Shown: positions 1-9,933, counted from the stretch's first letter. The stretch: 64,000 nt of DNA from Candidatus Woesearchaeota archaeon (GCA_038874135.1 JAVZCZ010000001.1:480001-544000), one strand, 5' to 3'. Numbers and translations are program-made. Notes: generated by a model from the letters alone, not told the origin.

Positions 1-733
1 CTTCTGAGTACTTCCTGTTTCCTGCAACAGCGTCTATGAACTGGCCCAAGCTTATGTCTTCCTTTATTATAACATCTGCATTCATAATTTTGAACTCTTT
101 TAGTGTTGAAGCTACATCTTCCCTGGTTAGGTTAGAGAGCTTGACTGTTGCTGTAATGTTGATACCACCCCGCTCTTTCTTTTCAATCTTTACATCTGGC
201 GAGTGCTGGTTTAGTCTTATCCCTGCGTTGTAGAGCTCCTTTCTCACTGTTTCCAGCTGTCTCTGAACATCGTACGCCTCAACTACGAGAAGGATGAGAT
301 CCGCATTTCTCAGAACCGAGATTGCCTCTTTTCCTCTGCCTGTGCCCTCTGCTGCTCCTCCCAGTATTCCCGGAAGGTCCAGGATCTGTATTTTTGCCTG
401 CTTGTATTCTAAAAGTCCTGGAATGCACTCCAAGGTTGTGAAGTTGTAGCTTGCAGTTTTTGAATTTGCATTGGTAAGCCTGTTTATGAGAGTTGATTTT
501 CCAACTGAGGGAAGTCCTATGAGAGCCACTGTTGCGTCGCCACTCTTTCTAACAGCATATGATGGGCCCTTTGACCCCCTTTTTGCTTCCCTTCTTGCTT
601 CCAGCTGTTCTTTAAGCCTTGCAATTTTTACCTTAAGTAAGCCTATTGCGTGTTCTGTTCTCTTGTTGTATTTTGTCTTGCTCAGCTCCTTCTCTAGTGC
701 CCTTATCTGTTCTATGATTCTCTGCTCGCTCAT
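1..733 (-). CDS. DRG/OBG-family GTP-binding protein (runs off the window start)
   Basis: Not in the ORF track. Manual translation from ATG at 733 gives MSEQRIIEQIRALEKELSKTKYNKRTEHAIGLLKVKIARLK, then GLPSVGKSTL (P-loop), YNFTTL and ILDLPGILEGAAEGTGRGKE, which are DRG signatures. Confidence 0.9.
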   Translation of the reverse strand, partial: MSEQRIIEQIRALEKELSKTKYNKRTEHAIGLLKVKIARLKEQLEARREAKRGSKGPSYAVRKSGDATVALIGLPSVGKSTLINRLTNANSKTASYNFTTLECIPGLLEYKQAKIQILDLPGILGGAAEGTGRGKEAISVLRNADLILLVVEAYDVQRQLETVRKELYNAGIRLNQHSPDVKIEKKERGGINITATVKLSNLTREDVASTLKEFKIMNADVIIKEDISLGQFIDAVAGNRKYSE

Positions 734-856
734 TCAGCTTTAGACAGTGGCGGGCAATTTTTAAAGGTTTTCAAGAAAAAGCATATTCTGTAAAATATAT
801 TTTGTAATACTCTTGTTTGCTAAATATTTATAAAACGGCTTTGGAACATCAACAAT

Positions 857-1435
857 ATGAATGAGACTAATCTTAGCGCAATTGCAGAGACAGTTAGCAC
901 AATAAAGAGCGTCTCGGTAGTTTTTAACGAGTTTCTAATAGCCTCATTCATAATAGTTGTAGGGTTCTTTATAGGAACCTTCGCTGGAAAAATCATCAGG
1001 AAACTCCTCGCAATACTTGGTTTGGACCAGTTTGTTAGAAGAGCCTTTAAGACCAACCTGCCGCTAGAAAGCTTCATAGCATTCCTAATAACTTCTGCTG
1101 CCTATGTAATTTCAATAATAATCGCGCTTAACCAGCTTGGAATTGCTGCAGCGGTTTTTAAGGTGATCTCAGCCGTGATAGTTTTTCTCCTCTTAGTCTC
1201 AATGGGGCTCTACATAAAAGACATACTTCCCAACTTCTTTGCAGGAATCAACATAATAAGCACAAGGAAGATAAGAGTTGGGGACCATCTTAAGATTGAT
1301 GACAGAACAGAAGGAGACGTGGTAAGGGTGGATATTACTGAGATATGTCTCAAGGGTGCTGAGGGCGAGCTCATATATGTGCCTCCAGCCTTGATTCAGA
1401 AGTCAAAGGTTGAGATAAGAAAGAAGATAGGATGA
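857..1435 (+). CDS. small-conductance mechanosensitive channel (MscS) family protein
   Basis: Three hydrophobic helices followed by KDILPNFFAGI..IRVGDHLKI..EGDVVRVDI..IYVP, the MscS beta domain. Confidence 0.8.
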   Translation: MNETNLSAIAETVSTIKSVSVVFNEFLIASFIIVVGFFIGTFAGKIIRKLLAILGLDQFVRRAFKTNLPLESFIAFLITSAAYVISIIIALNQLGIAAAVFKVISAVIVFLLLVSMGLYIKDILPNFFAGINIISTRKIRVGDHLKIDDRTEGDVVRVDITEICLKGAEGELIYVPPALIQKSKVEIRKKIG

Positions 1436-1441
1436 AGATTC

Positions 1442-1726
1442 TTACAGTATGCTCTCCAACAAAGAAGCGATGTTCCAAAGCTGAGTCCTGGTGTATGGTT
1501 GTATGTTAGTGTCGTCAGCTATCTCATCCAGCTCGTTCAAAGCCTTATGAATCCTAAGAGATAGTTCGCCCTGTTCCAGAAGCGCCTGCCTGGCATTGGC
1601 TATCTTCGCCTTGACATTTCTTGGAACAGTACTGTCATTTTCTAACTCCTGCATAAACTCAATTATTTCTGAAAGCTTTTTCTCATTCTTGGAATCTTTC
1701 GCATTTTTCGCCGCCATTTCAACCAC
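1442..1726 (-). CDS. UPF0147 family protein
   Basis: DSTVPRNVK...LDEIADDTNIQPYTRTQLWNIASLLE motif. Confidence 0.85.
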   Translation of the reverse strand: MVEMAAKNAKDSKNEKKLSEIIEFMQELENDSTVPRNVKAKIANARQALLEQGELSLRIHKALNELDEIADDTNIQPYTRTQLWNIASLLESIL

Positions 1727-1760
1727 GCTCCTTAAAAATTATTAGTTGAAAACGCTTTTT

Positions 1761-2102
1761 TTATTTATGATGCTGATGAGCATGGGAATTAAGATTTTCC
1801 ACAACCCTCTTTTGAAGCTCAGAAGCCTTCTTTTTCATGGCTTCTTCCTGCTTCTCAATTGAGCTTATCCTTAAATTAAGTATTTCCTTCTTAGACTCAA
1901 GATCCGACTTTACAGCATCCCTATCCGCCAGGACCATGACGCCTCCAACAATCTTGTAAACCTTCTCTGCATTCTGAATTTGTTCCAAAGCAGATTCAAC
2001 TTCGGCAAGCTGAAGCTGAAAATTCTGCTTTTGAAGCGAAAGATTTTGAAATGCCTGTTCCATTGCTTGAAGCTCAGCTATTGAAGAATCCTCATCTGCC
2101 AT
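1761..2102 (-). CDS. pfdB: prefoldin beta subunit
   Basis: Coiled coil - VYKIVGGVMV hairpin - coiled coil; conserved archaeal order rpl37ae-rpoP-pcc1-pfdB. Confidence 0.92.
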   Translation of the reverse strand: MADEDSSIAELQAMEQAFQNLSLQKQNFQLQLAEVESALEQIQNAEKVYKIVGGVMVLADRDAVKSDLESKKEILNLRISSIEKQEEAMKKKASELQKRVVENLNSHAHQHHK

Positions 2103-2130
2103 TTAAACCAGCCCTCCTCATTCAAAAAGT

Positions 2131-2370
2131 TTACAAGTGCTGCTCAACTAGAGCAACCATCTTCCTGAAAATTGTTTCATACCTTCGCAGCGAACCGCTT
2201 CTCAGCTTGAAATCTTCATCGTCACGCGCAGCAAAACTTATCTCAACTCCGGAATTAATGGCAGATACCTTATATTCTGCCCCGAGCTCAGGAGAGATTG
2301 CCTCCGCCATCAGCTCAGCATAGGCAGAATCTGCTTGAAGTAAAACTGAAACCTGCTTACAGCCTACAAT
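2131..2370 (-). CDS. KEOPS complex Pcc1-like subunit (start uncertain)
   Basis: AEAISPEL...VEISFAARD...LR pattern and position between rpoP and pfdB; the ORF-track extension to 2484 overlaps rpoP and is probably not translated. Confidence 0.6.
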   Translation of the reverse strand: MVGCKQVSVLLQADSAYAELMAEAISPELGAEYKVSAINSGVEISFAARDDEDFKLRSGSLRRYETIFRKMVALVEQHL

Positions 2371-2371
2371 C

Positions 2372-2512
2372 TTATCTTGCCTTGACGCTAGTTGGAATTG
2401 TTCTTGGTTTGAAAAGGATCTTGCTGCCGCAGTAGGGGCATCTGACCTTTCTTTTGACATAGTTATCCGCCACCTTTTTCCCACAAACCATGCACTTGTA
2501 TTCCATGCTCAT
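2372..2512 (-). CDS. rpoP: DNA-directed RNA polymerase subunit P (Rpo12)
   Basis: Too short for the ORF track. Manual translation MSMEYKCMVCGKKVADNYVKRKVRCPYCGSKILFKPRTIPTSVKAR* is the Rpo12 zinc ribbon; its ATG overlaps the rpl37ae stop. Confidence 0.93.
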   Translation of the reverse strand: MSMEYKCMVCGKKVADNYVKRKVRCPYCGSKILFKPRTIPTSVKAR

Positions 2513-2766
2513 CACTCAGTAGCTTCCTCTTTCAGAGCTAAACTCTTCTTTTCAATGCTATAGGCTGAAGCTGCAAACTCTGCCCCGCACTTGCTGCACT
2601 TCCAAATTCCAAGAGCCACTCTCTTAACCTTGTTATAGTGGCAGTATGGGCATTTCAGCCTCTTTTTATAGTATTCCGCTTCAATCTTTCCAAGCTTTAG
2701 TTTCAAAGTCCTGCCATACCTGGTTCCAAACCTGTTGGCTGATTTCGCCTCTGATTTCTTCGCCAA
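2512..2766 (-). CDS. rpl37ae: 50S ribosomal protein L37Ae (eL43)
   Basis: RFGTRYG..CPYC..VKRVALGIWKCSKCG motif; TTG start. Confidence 0.95.
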   Translation of the reverse strand: MAKKSEAKSANRFGTRYGRTLKLKLGKIEAEYYKKRLKCPYCHYNKVKRVALGIWKCSKCGAEFAASAYSIEKKSLALKEEATE

Positions 2767-2838
2767 AATAATCGCCTCTATTATTTAAAAGAGATTTTGC
2801 CCTCTTTTAAAAACTTTTCTAATATTTCAAATAAGGGA

Positions 2839-2912
2839 TGGGGCTGCCCGGATTCGAACCGGGGTCATTCGGTCCCAAACCGAAGAGGATAGCCAGGCTA
2901 CCCCACAGCCCC
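2839..2912 (-). tRNA. tRNA-Pro (UGG)
   Basis: GGGGCTG/CAGCCCC acceptor stem, anticodon arm TTCGG-TTTGGGA-CCGAA, T-loop GGTTCGAATCC; CCA not encoded. Confidence 0.95.
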
Positions 2913-3009
2913 TTTTTAGCAACCAAAGATTTAGCCAATCTTTTTAAAGCTTTCCAAGGGAAAGCCCCCCATACAAACTTTTATAAACGGTACTGATTCC
3001 CTTAAAAAC

Positions 3010-4101
3010 ATGGATGACGCCCAGAGGTTTAAGCTTAAAAAGTTAATAGCCGAGCTTAAAAAGTATAGGGGAAGGCACACTGAGCTCGTATCAGTTTACA
3101 TACCTCAAGATTATGACATTAACAAGGTAATCTCGCAGCTCTCACAAGAAGAGGGAACCGCTACCAACATAAAGTCTACCTCCACCAGAAAAAATGTAAT
3201 TGACGCTCTGGAAAGGATGATTCAGCACCTGAAATTATACCCAAAAACGCCACCCCACGGGCTGGCCGTCTTCTCAGGAAATGTGGCTGAGCGTGAGGGC
3301 GACAGCGATGTGCGGGTTTGGAGCATAGAACCGCACCTGCCATTAAAGATAAGAATCTACAGGTGCGACAAGGCATTCGTAACAGAGCCGCTAGAGCAGA
3401 TGCTGGAATCAAAGGACAGCTACGGCCTCGTAGTCATGGATAGAAGGGAAGCCACTCTCGCACTGCTAAGCGGAAAGAGCGTAACCATACTTGCAAAGAC
3501 GCACTCAATGGTGCCTGGAAAGTTCAAAGCAGGAGGCCAGTCTGCAATGAGGTTCCTCAGACTAAGAGAGGGAGCTGCCAAGGACTTCTACAAGAAGGTG
3601 GCAGAATACATGAAGGAGCAATTCCTAGGGCGAGATCTTAAAGGAATAATCGTTGGGGGACCGGGACCTACAAAGTACGAGCTCGTGGAGGGCAACTACA
3701 TAACAAACGATGTAAAGAAAAAGATAATAGCTGTCAAGGATATAACTTACACTGACGAGTTTGGAATAAACGAGCTAATAGAAAAAAGCGAGGATGTGCT
3801 GGCTGAAGCTGAGATAACTGAAGAGAAAAACCTGATGCACAGGTTCTTTGACCTACTTGCGAAGAATCCCTCAAAAGTGGCTTATGGGCCAGAGATAGTT
3901 TACAACCTGCTCTCGGCAGGGGTAGTGGACACTCTCCTCATTTCAGAATCGCTGAAGGATGAGGAAATAGAGAGGTTTGAAACAGAAGCTGAAAAGTTTG
4001 GAACAGGTGTAAAGATAATCTCCACAGAAACAAACGAAGGAGTTCAGCTTAAGGAGCTCGGTGGAGTCGCCGCCCTTCTAAGGTATGAATACAGCTCTTA
4101 A
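3010..4101 (+). CDS. prf1: peptide chain release factor aRF1
   Basis: TATNIKS, YRCDKAF and GGQS motifs. Confidence 0.97.
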   Translation: MDDAQRFKLKKLIAELKKYRGRHTELVSVYIPQDYDINKVISQLSQEEGTATNIKSTSTRKNVIDALERMIQHLKLYPKTPPHGLAVFSGNVAEREGDSDVRVWSIEPHLPLKIRIYRCDKAFVTEPLEQMLESKDSYGLVVMDRREATLALLSGKSVTILAKTHSMVPGKFKAGGQSAMRFLRLREGAAKDFYKKVAEYMKEQFLGRDLKGIIVGGPGPTKYELVEGNYITNDVKKKIIAVKDITYTDEFGINELIEKSEDVLAEAEITEEKNLMHRFFDLLAKNPSKVAYGPEIVYNLLSAGVVDTLLISESLKDEEIERFETEAEKFGTGVKIISTETNEGVQLKELGGVAALLRYEYSS

Positions 4102-4112
4102 GTGTTCTAAAA

Positions 4113-4799
4113 ATGGAAGAGCAGACATGTTTAGAGGGCTTCAAAGAGCTTTTTCCTAAAGAGAAGCCTCCCCACTTCCAGATTAAATACCGCATTGGAA
4201 GGAGAAGGTACTCTGCATCTGCCAGGCTGTTTAAGCATGCGTGGAAGCTTCAGTTCATCCTTGGGAATGAATGGAAAGAAGTTTCAGAAGAGATAAAAAA
4301 GGGGCTCTTTCAAGAGATGATTGTCCGCATCTTAAAGAGAAAGGTGCATCCAACCCTTAACATGAAGCTTTACAGCTCATTTGTAAAGAACATCCACCTC
4401 TCAATTCCAAAAGACAGAGTAGATGCTGAGCTGAAAGAATCATTTGACCGAGTCAACGAGAAATACTTTCACGGGCTTATGGAGATGCCCAACTTAAAGT
4501 TTGAAGGAAACTCCACAAGGCATCTGGCAGAATACGACTTTCACGAGGACATGATAAGAGTCAGCCAAATCTTTAGAGGAGCTCCCAAAGAGATACTGGA
4601 CTACCTGGTATACCATGAACTTCTGCACAAGAGCTTAAAATTCAAGTATTCCAACGGGAGAAACTACTATCATACTGAGAAGTTTCGCAGGATGGAGCTT
4701 CAGTTTGAAAATGCTGAGGAAATAGAAAGAAGAATTGAAGAATTTCTAAAATCAAAAAGAGGTAGAAACTGGAAAAGTTTATTATTCAGAAATGATTAG
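4113..4799 (+). CDS. SprT/YgjP-like zinc metalloprotease domain protein
   Basis: FDRVNEKYF...LDYLVYHELLH...HTEKFRRME (HExxH). Confidence 0.7.
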   Translation: MEEQTCLEGFKELFPKEKPPHFQIKYRIGRRRYSASARLFKHAWKLQFILGNEWKEVSEEIKKGLFQEMIVRILKRKVHPTLNMKLYSSFVKNIHLSIPKDRVDAELKESFDRVNEKYFHGLMEMPNLKFEGNSTRHLAEYDFHEDMIRVSQIFRGAPKEILDYLVYHELLHKSLKFKYSNGRNYYHTEKFRRMELQFENAEEIERRIEEFLKSKRGRNWKSLLFRND

Positions 4800-4807
4800 C
4801 TGAACAT

Positions 4808-5500
4808 ATGCAGGAAGAAAAGATTCCCTCAGGAAGCGACGCGATTGACCACCTCTTAAGCGGGGGCTACGAAAAGGACGTGATTACTGTCATATACGGT
4901 CCTTCCGGCTCTGGAAAGACAAACATATGCCTGTGCGCAATTGCCAGCATTGCTCCCAAAAAGAAAGTAATCTTCATGGACACCGAAGGCGGCTTCTCAA
5001 TAACCAGACTATACCAAATTGTAGGAAACTCTGAAAAGATAATGAAAAATGTAATGGTGCTGCAACCGACAAACTTTGAAGAGCAGCTGGCTGACTTTGA
5101 AAGGCTTAAGGACCTAGTTGATGAGAATATTGGCATCATAATAATAGACACTATAAGCAGTCTGTACAGGATTGAAAGGACTGAGGAAGACATAAAAGGG
5201 ATAAACAGCTCTCTTGGAAGAATGCTTAACTACCTCTCACAGATTGCCAGAAAGCAGAAGATTCCAGTTCTCATAACCTCTCAAGTTTACTCAGACTTTG
5301 AAAACAAGGGGAGAATAAAGATAGTTGGCGGAGACATAGTTAGGTACAGCGGAAAATGTCTGATAGAGCTTCAGCAGCTGGAAAATTCAAGAATAGCAGT
5401 TCTCCGAAAGCACCGAAGCTTGCCCGAGGGGAACCAGGTGGCTTTTGAAATAAAAGAGAAAGGAGTATTCTTGGTTAAGAGGAGGTTTTCAATCTTCTAA
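4808..5500 (+). CDS. radB: DNA repair and recombination protein RadB
   Basis: GPSGSGKTN Walker A, DTEGGFS, C-terminal KHR motif, no RadA N-terminal domain. Confidence 0.93.
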   Translation: MQEEKIPSGSDAIDHLLSGGYEKDVITVIYGPSGSGKTNICLCAIASIAPKKKVIFMDTEGGFSITRLYQIVGNSEKIMKNVMVLQPTNFEEQLADFERLKDLVDENIGIIIIDTISSLYRIERTEEDIKGINSSLGRMLNYLSQIARKQKIPVLITSQVYSDFENKGRIKIVGGDIVRYSGKCLIELQQLENSRIAVLRKHRSLPEGNQVAFEIKEKGVFLVKRRFSIF

Positions 5501-6366
5501 GCTTTGTAGTGCTTCATTCTAATCCAGTAATACAGAAACTCCTGCGCGTAAGCAGAATTTTTCTGAAAGGTCTTCCTACCAAACTCCTCGGCATGCTTAG
5601 TACTCAGATTCTTACCCTTAAAAAAAACTTGTGAAACTGCCCTCCTTATCCACACATCAGTTGGAAATGCCTCTCCGAAGCCAAGAGAAAATGCCAGCAC
5701 GCAGTCAGCCACCTTACTGCCCACCCCTCTGAGCTTCATAAGTTCAAGCTTAGCAGCCTCGTACGGCATGCTTGAAATTGTTGAGAAGAATCGGTTAAAC
5801 TTCTGGTCAGCAGTTCTTCCGTAAGTAGAGGATAAAACCTGCCCAATCAGTACGGGATAAAAGCGTGCCCTAAATCCCAAGCCACACTTCTTAAGAGATT
5901 TTTCACACGCGCCAGCTGAAAGTTCCGAAGGGGTTGGAAATGAGTATGTTTCAAAGCCCTCAAAGCTTATTCTACTGCCAAATCTCCTGCTAAGCAGGTT
6001 AAGATTTCTCTTTATCCTGGGAATGTTAGAAGCTGAGGAAGCCACATAGCTAATTAGACACTCAAAAGGCTCCTGCCTTATCAGCCTGAGCCCAAAAGCA
6101 GAGCTTATAACCTCTCCTGGAAGTCCAGCCCTGCCGAGCTGCAAAACTATGCGGCTGTAATCCTCATCAAGAGAAAAATAATGCCTAACAAAAGCTGAGT
6201 TTCCGCTTGAAATCCTAAACTCAAGATTATCGCCGTCTTGGCGAGCCACAATAATCCTGTCCCCCGCAGTTATGTAATAATAGTCTCCGAGCTTCTCCCA
6301 CCTGAATATTTGGCCGCACTCAACCGTCTTTTTAAGGTCAAAATTTCTTACTCGAATCCTTGCCAT
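5497..6366 (-). CDS. 8-oxoguanine DNA glycosylase (OGG1 family)
   Basis: ECGQIFRW, GLRLIRQEPFECLIS, HhH LRGVGSKVADC, FPTDVW. Confidence 0.9.
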   Translation of the reverse strand: MARIRVRNFDLKKTVECGQIFRWEKLGDYYYITAGDRIIVARQDGDNLEFRISSGNSAFVRHYFSLDEDYSRIVLQLGRAGLPGEVISSAFGLRLIRQEPFECLISYVASSASNIPRIKRNLNLLSRRFGSRISFEGFETYSFPTPSELSAGACEKSLKKCGLGFRARFYPVLIGQVLSSTYGRTADQKFNRFFSTISSMPYEAAKLELMKLRGVGSKVADCVLAFSLGFGEAFPTDVWIRRAVSQVFFKGKNLSTKHAEEFGRKTFQKNSAYAQEFLYYWIRMKHYKA

Positions 6367-6439
6367 GATGAGTACTAAAATGGTTTCATTTATTAAGTTT
6401 GGGAAAGAGTTATAAAGCAGTTAAAAATTCTAAAGCTCC

Positions 6440-7159
6440 ATGACAGAGCTGATGTATCTCAAAGACTGCTACCTCAGAGAGTTTGAAGCAAGAGTCACTT
6501 TTATTCAAGGAAGAATTATTGAACTGGACCGGACGGCATTTTATCCTGAATCTGGCGGGCAGCCCTCCGACCGAGGCTTCCTAGAATTTAATGGAAAAAC
6601 CGCTGAAGTGGTTAATGTGCGAAAGGAAGGCGGCAGAGTGCTGCACGAGCTAGCTGCAGATGCTGAAGTTTTAGGCATCACTCTTGGCGGGGCAGTGAAG
6701 TGCATTGTTGACTGGAATAGAAGGTACCTATTCATGAGATACCATACTGCCTGCCACGTGCTCTCAGCAGTGATATGCAGAAATGAACAGGATGTTGAAA
6801 TCACGGGAAACCAGATTGGAGAGGAAAAAACCAGGATGGACTTCAGTCTGAAAAGCTTTGACAGGGAAAAACTTGCCAAATATGAAGAGGAAGCCAATGC
6901 TGAAATTCAGAAGGCTCTCCCCGTAAGAATTGAATTTTTAGAGAGGGAGGAAGCCTTTAAAATCCCGGGGCTGGTTAAGCTGAGAAAGCTGCTGCCAGAA
7001 TCTTTAAAAGTCATACGGATAGTTTCAATTGACGGCTTAGACCAGCAGGCTTGCGGCGGAACCCATGTGAAGAACACTTCTGAGATTGGAAAGATAAAAA
7101 TCATAGGAAGTGAGAACAAGGGAAAGGACAACAGGAGAATCTACTTCACCCTAAGCTGA
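6440..7159 (+). CDS. alanyl-tRNA editing protein AlaX-M
   Basis: FYPESGGQPSD, MRYHTACH and CGGTH zinc ligands; 239 aa free-standing. Confidence 0.92.
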   Translation: MTELMYLKDCYLREFEARVTFIQGRIIELDRTAFYPESGGQPSDRGFLEFNGKTAEVVNVRKEGGRVLHELAADAEVLGITLGGAVKCIVDWNRRYLFMRYHTACHVLSAVICRNEQDVEITGNQIGEEKTRMDFSLKSFDREKLAKYEEEANAEIQKALPVRIEFLEREEAFKIPGLVKLRKLLPESLKVIRIVSIDGLDQQACGGTHVKNTSEIGKIKIIGSENKGKDNRRIYFTLS

Positions 7160-7399
7160 ATCTTCCAAAGCCCTACTCTTCCTAACAGGCTCGTAATAAT
7201 CTATCTTTTTCTCCCTCTTAAGCTCTTCCATCCTGCTTATCAGCTTCTCTGAAGATTCTGCAAACCTGAGATGATAAACTCCAGTAGCGTACTTATAAAC
7301 TATCTCAATTCCGAACTGCGAGAGCTCTCTTAATAGCAAATCCTCATTAAAGCTCGTCCTAACAAAGAACTCGCCCTTAACCTCATCTTCTAGGGACAT
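7151..7399 (-). CDS. small protein resembling a subtilisin prodomain / I9-like inhibitor
   Basis: GEFFVR...FGIEIVYKYATGVYHLRF...IDYYEP pattern; ATG at 7399 with GGAGG upstream; overlaps the end of the S8 protease gene. Confidence 0.5.
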   Translation of the reverse strand: MSLEDEVKGEFFVRTSFNEDLLLRELSQFGIEIVYKYATGVYHLRFAESSEKLISRMEELKREKKIDYYEPVRKSRALEDSA

Positions 7400-8612
7400 T
7401 CCAATCCCTCCAGCAGGGTACACTGGCTTTTGAGCTCTGGCCGCTTAAAATTCTTGCGATTTTGGAATCATAATAGTTTGAGAGCAGAGCATCCGCCCTC
7501 ACAAGACCTGCTCCGAAAGCTTCCTGTGGGACGCCCTGTTGGGATATTGGCTGAGCAGTATCTGCCAGCCGCCTTTCAACAAGATTAACATCCATACCTA
7601 GTGAGAGCCCCAGAGCAATCGCGCCTGAAACGTGGGGAGCTGCCATTGAGGTGCCTGACAGCATCCTGTAAGAGCCGCCTGGATATGAAGAAACAATCTC
7701 AACTCCCGGCGCAGAGATGTCTACCAGATCATTTATGTTGCTGAAGTAGGCATGCCTGTTCATCCTATCTACTGCCGCTACGGATATGACTGGCTGAAAG
7801 GATGCTGGATAATCATATATTGGAGCCGCGTCGTTGCCAGCTGCAGCGCACATTATGAGGCCATGCTTGTGAGCGTAGTAGCAGAGCTCCTTAAAGGCTT
7901 CTGAATAGTCTGGTGCTCCGAGGCTCATATTCACAATTTGTAATCTCTTCTTCAATGCCCATTCGATTCCGAGCATCACAGTTGCCTCGCTACCAGAGCC
8001 GTCCTCATCCAGAACTCTTAAGGCGTATAGTCTAGCTCCTGGAGCGACTCCGCAGTTTCTTCCTGCAATAATGCCTGCAACATGGGTGCCGTGCCCGTTA
8101 AGATCCATAGGCTTTGAATTATTTAGGATGAAGTCAAAGCCCTTATCATCTGAAAACCTGGAGGATATTTCAGGATGAGAGTAGTCGCAGCCAGTGTCTA
8201 TCACGCCTACTGAAACTTCTGAGCCTGTTGAGAGCTTCCAAGCCTCATATGCTCCAATATTTTCAAGGTTCCAGAGCCTCTCGCCATGATCTAGAGAATA
8301 GTTTATGCCCTTCCTCATTGGAGGTATTGAAACCTTAGCAGAGGGCTCTATTGAGAGTATCTGCTCCAGAGCACTTCTCACCTCGCGACTTAGAAGCCAG
8401 GAGCGGCGTTCCTTATACTTTAAGCTTGCAAGCCGCTCAGCATCCTTAACGCTGCACTCTAAGGCAAGGTATGGAATCAGTTCAAAAGCCCTGCACCTGC
8501 CAAACCTTCTAAGCGTGTTATAAGCCTTCTCCTTATCCGAAACTTCTATTATTAGCTCTATGCCTCCTTTCGCATTTTTAAGCGTTGAAAAAATTTTATC
8601 AATTTCAGCCAT
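7383..8612 (-). CDS. S8 family (subtilisin-like) serine protease with no evident signal peptide
   Basis: Catalytic triad motifs VIDTG, HGTHVAG, GTSMAAPH; oxyanion AAGN. Confidence 0.95.
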   Translation of the reverse strand: MAEIDKIFSTLKNAKGGIELIIEVSDKEKAYNTLRRFGRCRAFELIPYLALECSVKDAERLASLKYKERRSWLLSREVRSALEQILSIEPSAKVSIPPMRKGINYSLDHGERLWNLENIGAYEAWKLSTGSEVSVGVIDTGCDYSHPEISSRFSDDKGFDFILNNSKPMDLNGHGTHVAGIIAGRNCGVAPGARLYALRVLDEDGSGSEATVMLGIEWALKKRLQIVNMSLGAPDYSEAFKELCYYAHKHGLIMCAAAGNDAAPIYDYPASFQPVISVAAVDRMNRHAYFSNINDLVDISAPGVEIVSSYPGGSYRMLSGTSMAAPHVSGAIALGLSLGMDVNLVERRLADTAQPISQQGVPQEAFGAGLVRADALLSNYYDSKIARILSGQSSKASVPCWRDWNVPRR

Positions 8613-8697
8613 GAGGAGAATTTTAATTTTAAGTTAAATAATGCTTATCACAAATTTCTCGGAAGTCCTTCGGAATTGGTCGCAAGAGTTTCAAGAC

Positions 8698-9933
8698 TCA
8701 TCTTAAGGATAAGATGAGGGAACGCACCTCTTCTCTGAGAATGCGCTCGTCATCCCTCCTGAGCTTAAGCTCAGCAGTAACAAATCCTGAATTCCCACCG
8801 CCCTTGCCAGAAAAGAGTGAGAATACTGTATTATTAAGAAATTCCAGTAGGTCTGAATCCAGATCTGAAGAGCGCATAAGGTAAATGTTCGCTTTCTCTT
8901 CACCCGTTCTGTTTATTAGCAAAACAAACGCCTGTTTTGAGCACAGGGCTGACATGCCTTTAACTATAACCTTCTGCTCCTCGCCCTCAAGAGTCTCAGA
9001 ATAGAAGCTTATGCCGAAAAGCCTCTCGGGAGTTATACTAGAAATCCTTCTCAGCAAATCCTGCTGGTGCCTCTCCTTCAACTCCCTATTCTCATTCCAA
9101 AGCTTAAGAGTGTCTTCAAATACAGAGTCACTCCTTCCTAAAAGCGCAGATATCCTTCTAAAATCCCTCGAATGCCTAAAAACCTCTCTAAAAGCATGCT
9201 CGGCAACTTTGAACTTTATCTCAAACTTTGAGCTTCCTAAACTTTTAAGAGAGGTTACCAGAACGAGCTTCAACTCAGAAGTATTCTCAACGTGGGTGCC
9301 CGTGCAGGCAGAAGCGTCAACCCCGACAATCTCAACCCTCCTAACAAATTCGTCCTTAATCCTGTCAGCCTTAATCCGCAAATCCGAATCAGAAAGAGCC
9401 TCCTGCGGTGCGAGGTAAGAAATCCTAAACGCCCGCCCCTCTTTTACTATAGAATTTGCAAGCTCCTCAGCCTCAAACATGAGATTCCAATTAAGAGAAG
9501 AAGCCCTAACAAAAAATGATGACTCCTCAGCACCTATTGAAACCTTATCAATTTCAACACTGAGAGAGTGTTCACCCATCACGCGTTTCAAACAGGCAAA
9601 TAGCAGATGCTCTCCAGAATGCATAAGCGTGTAAGCCCTCCTAAGCTGAGAATTCACCTCAAAAATAACCTTCTGCCCCTCAGAAATACTTCCCGAAAAC
9701 CTTGAACATCTGTGCATTATCAAACCGCCATCCTCAAAGGAGTCCTCAACCTCGGCATAAAAGCCATCTCCAGAGATTACTCCCCTATCAGAAGGCTGGC
9801 CTCCGGAAGCTGGCCTGAAAGGGCTCTTCTCAGCGCCTACTAATAAAAAGCTTCCCTCCCGCCTTACGGCCCTGACAGGCTCCGCTGATTTGAGAATTCC
9901 CGAATCGTAAAACTGGAATAGCTCCCGCCTCAT
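8698..9933 (-). CDS. AlaX-like editing protein with C-terminal DHHA1 (C-Ala-like) domain
   Basis: SGGQPSD, HSGEH, CTGTH, C-terminal GKGGG. Confidence 0.8.
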   Translation of the reverse strand: MRRELFQFYDSGILKSAEPVRAVRREGSFLLVGAEKSPFRPASGGQPSDRGVISGDGFYAEVEDSFEDGGLIMHRCSRFSGSISEGQKVIFEVNSQLRRAYTLMHSGEHLLFACLKRVMGEHSLSVEIDKVSIGAEESSFFVRASSLNWNLMFEAEELANSIVKEGRAFRISYLAPQEALSDSDLRIKADRIKDEFVRRVEIVGVDASACTGTHVENTSELKLVLVTSLKSLGSSKFEIKFKVAEHAFREVFRHSRDFRRISALLGRSDSVFEDTLKLWNENRELKERHQQDLLRRISSITPERLFGISFYSETLEGEEQKVIVKGMSALCSKQAFVLLINRTGEEKANIYLMRSSDLDSDLLEFLNNTVFSLFSGKGGGNSGFVTAELKLRRDDERILREEVRSLILSLR

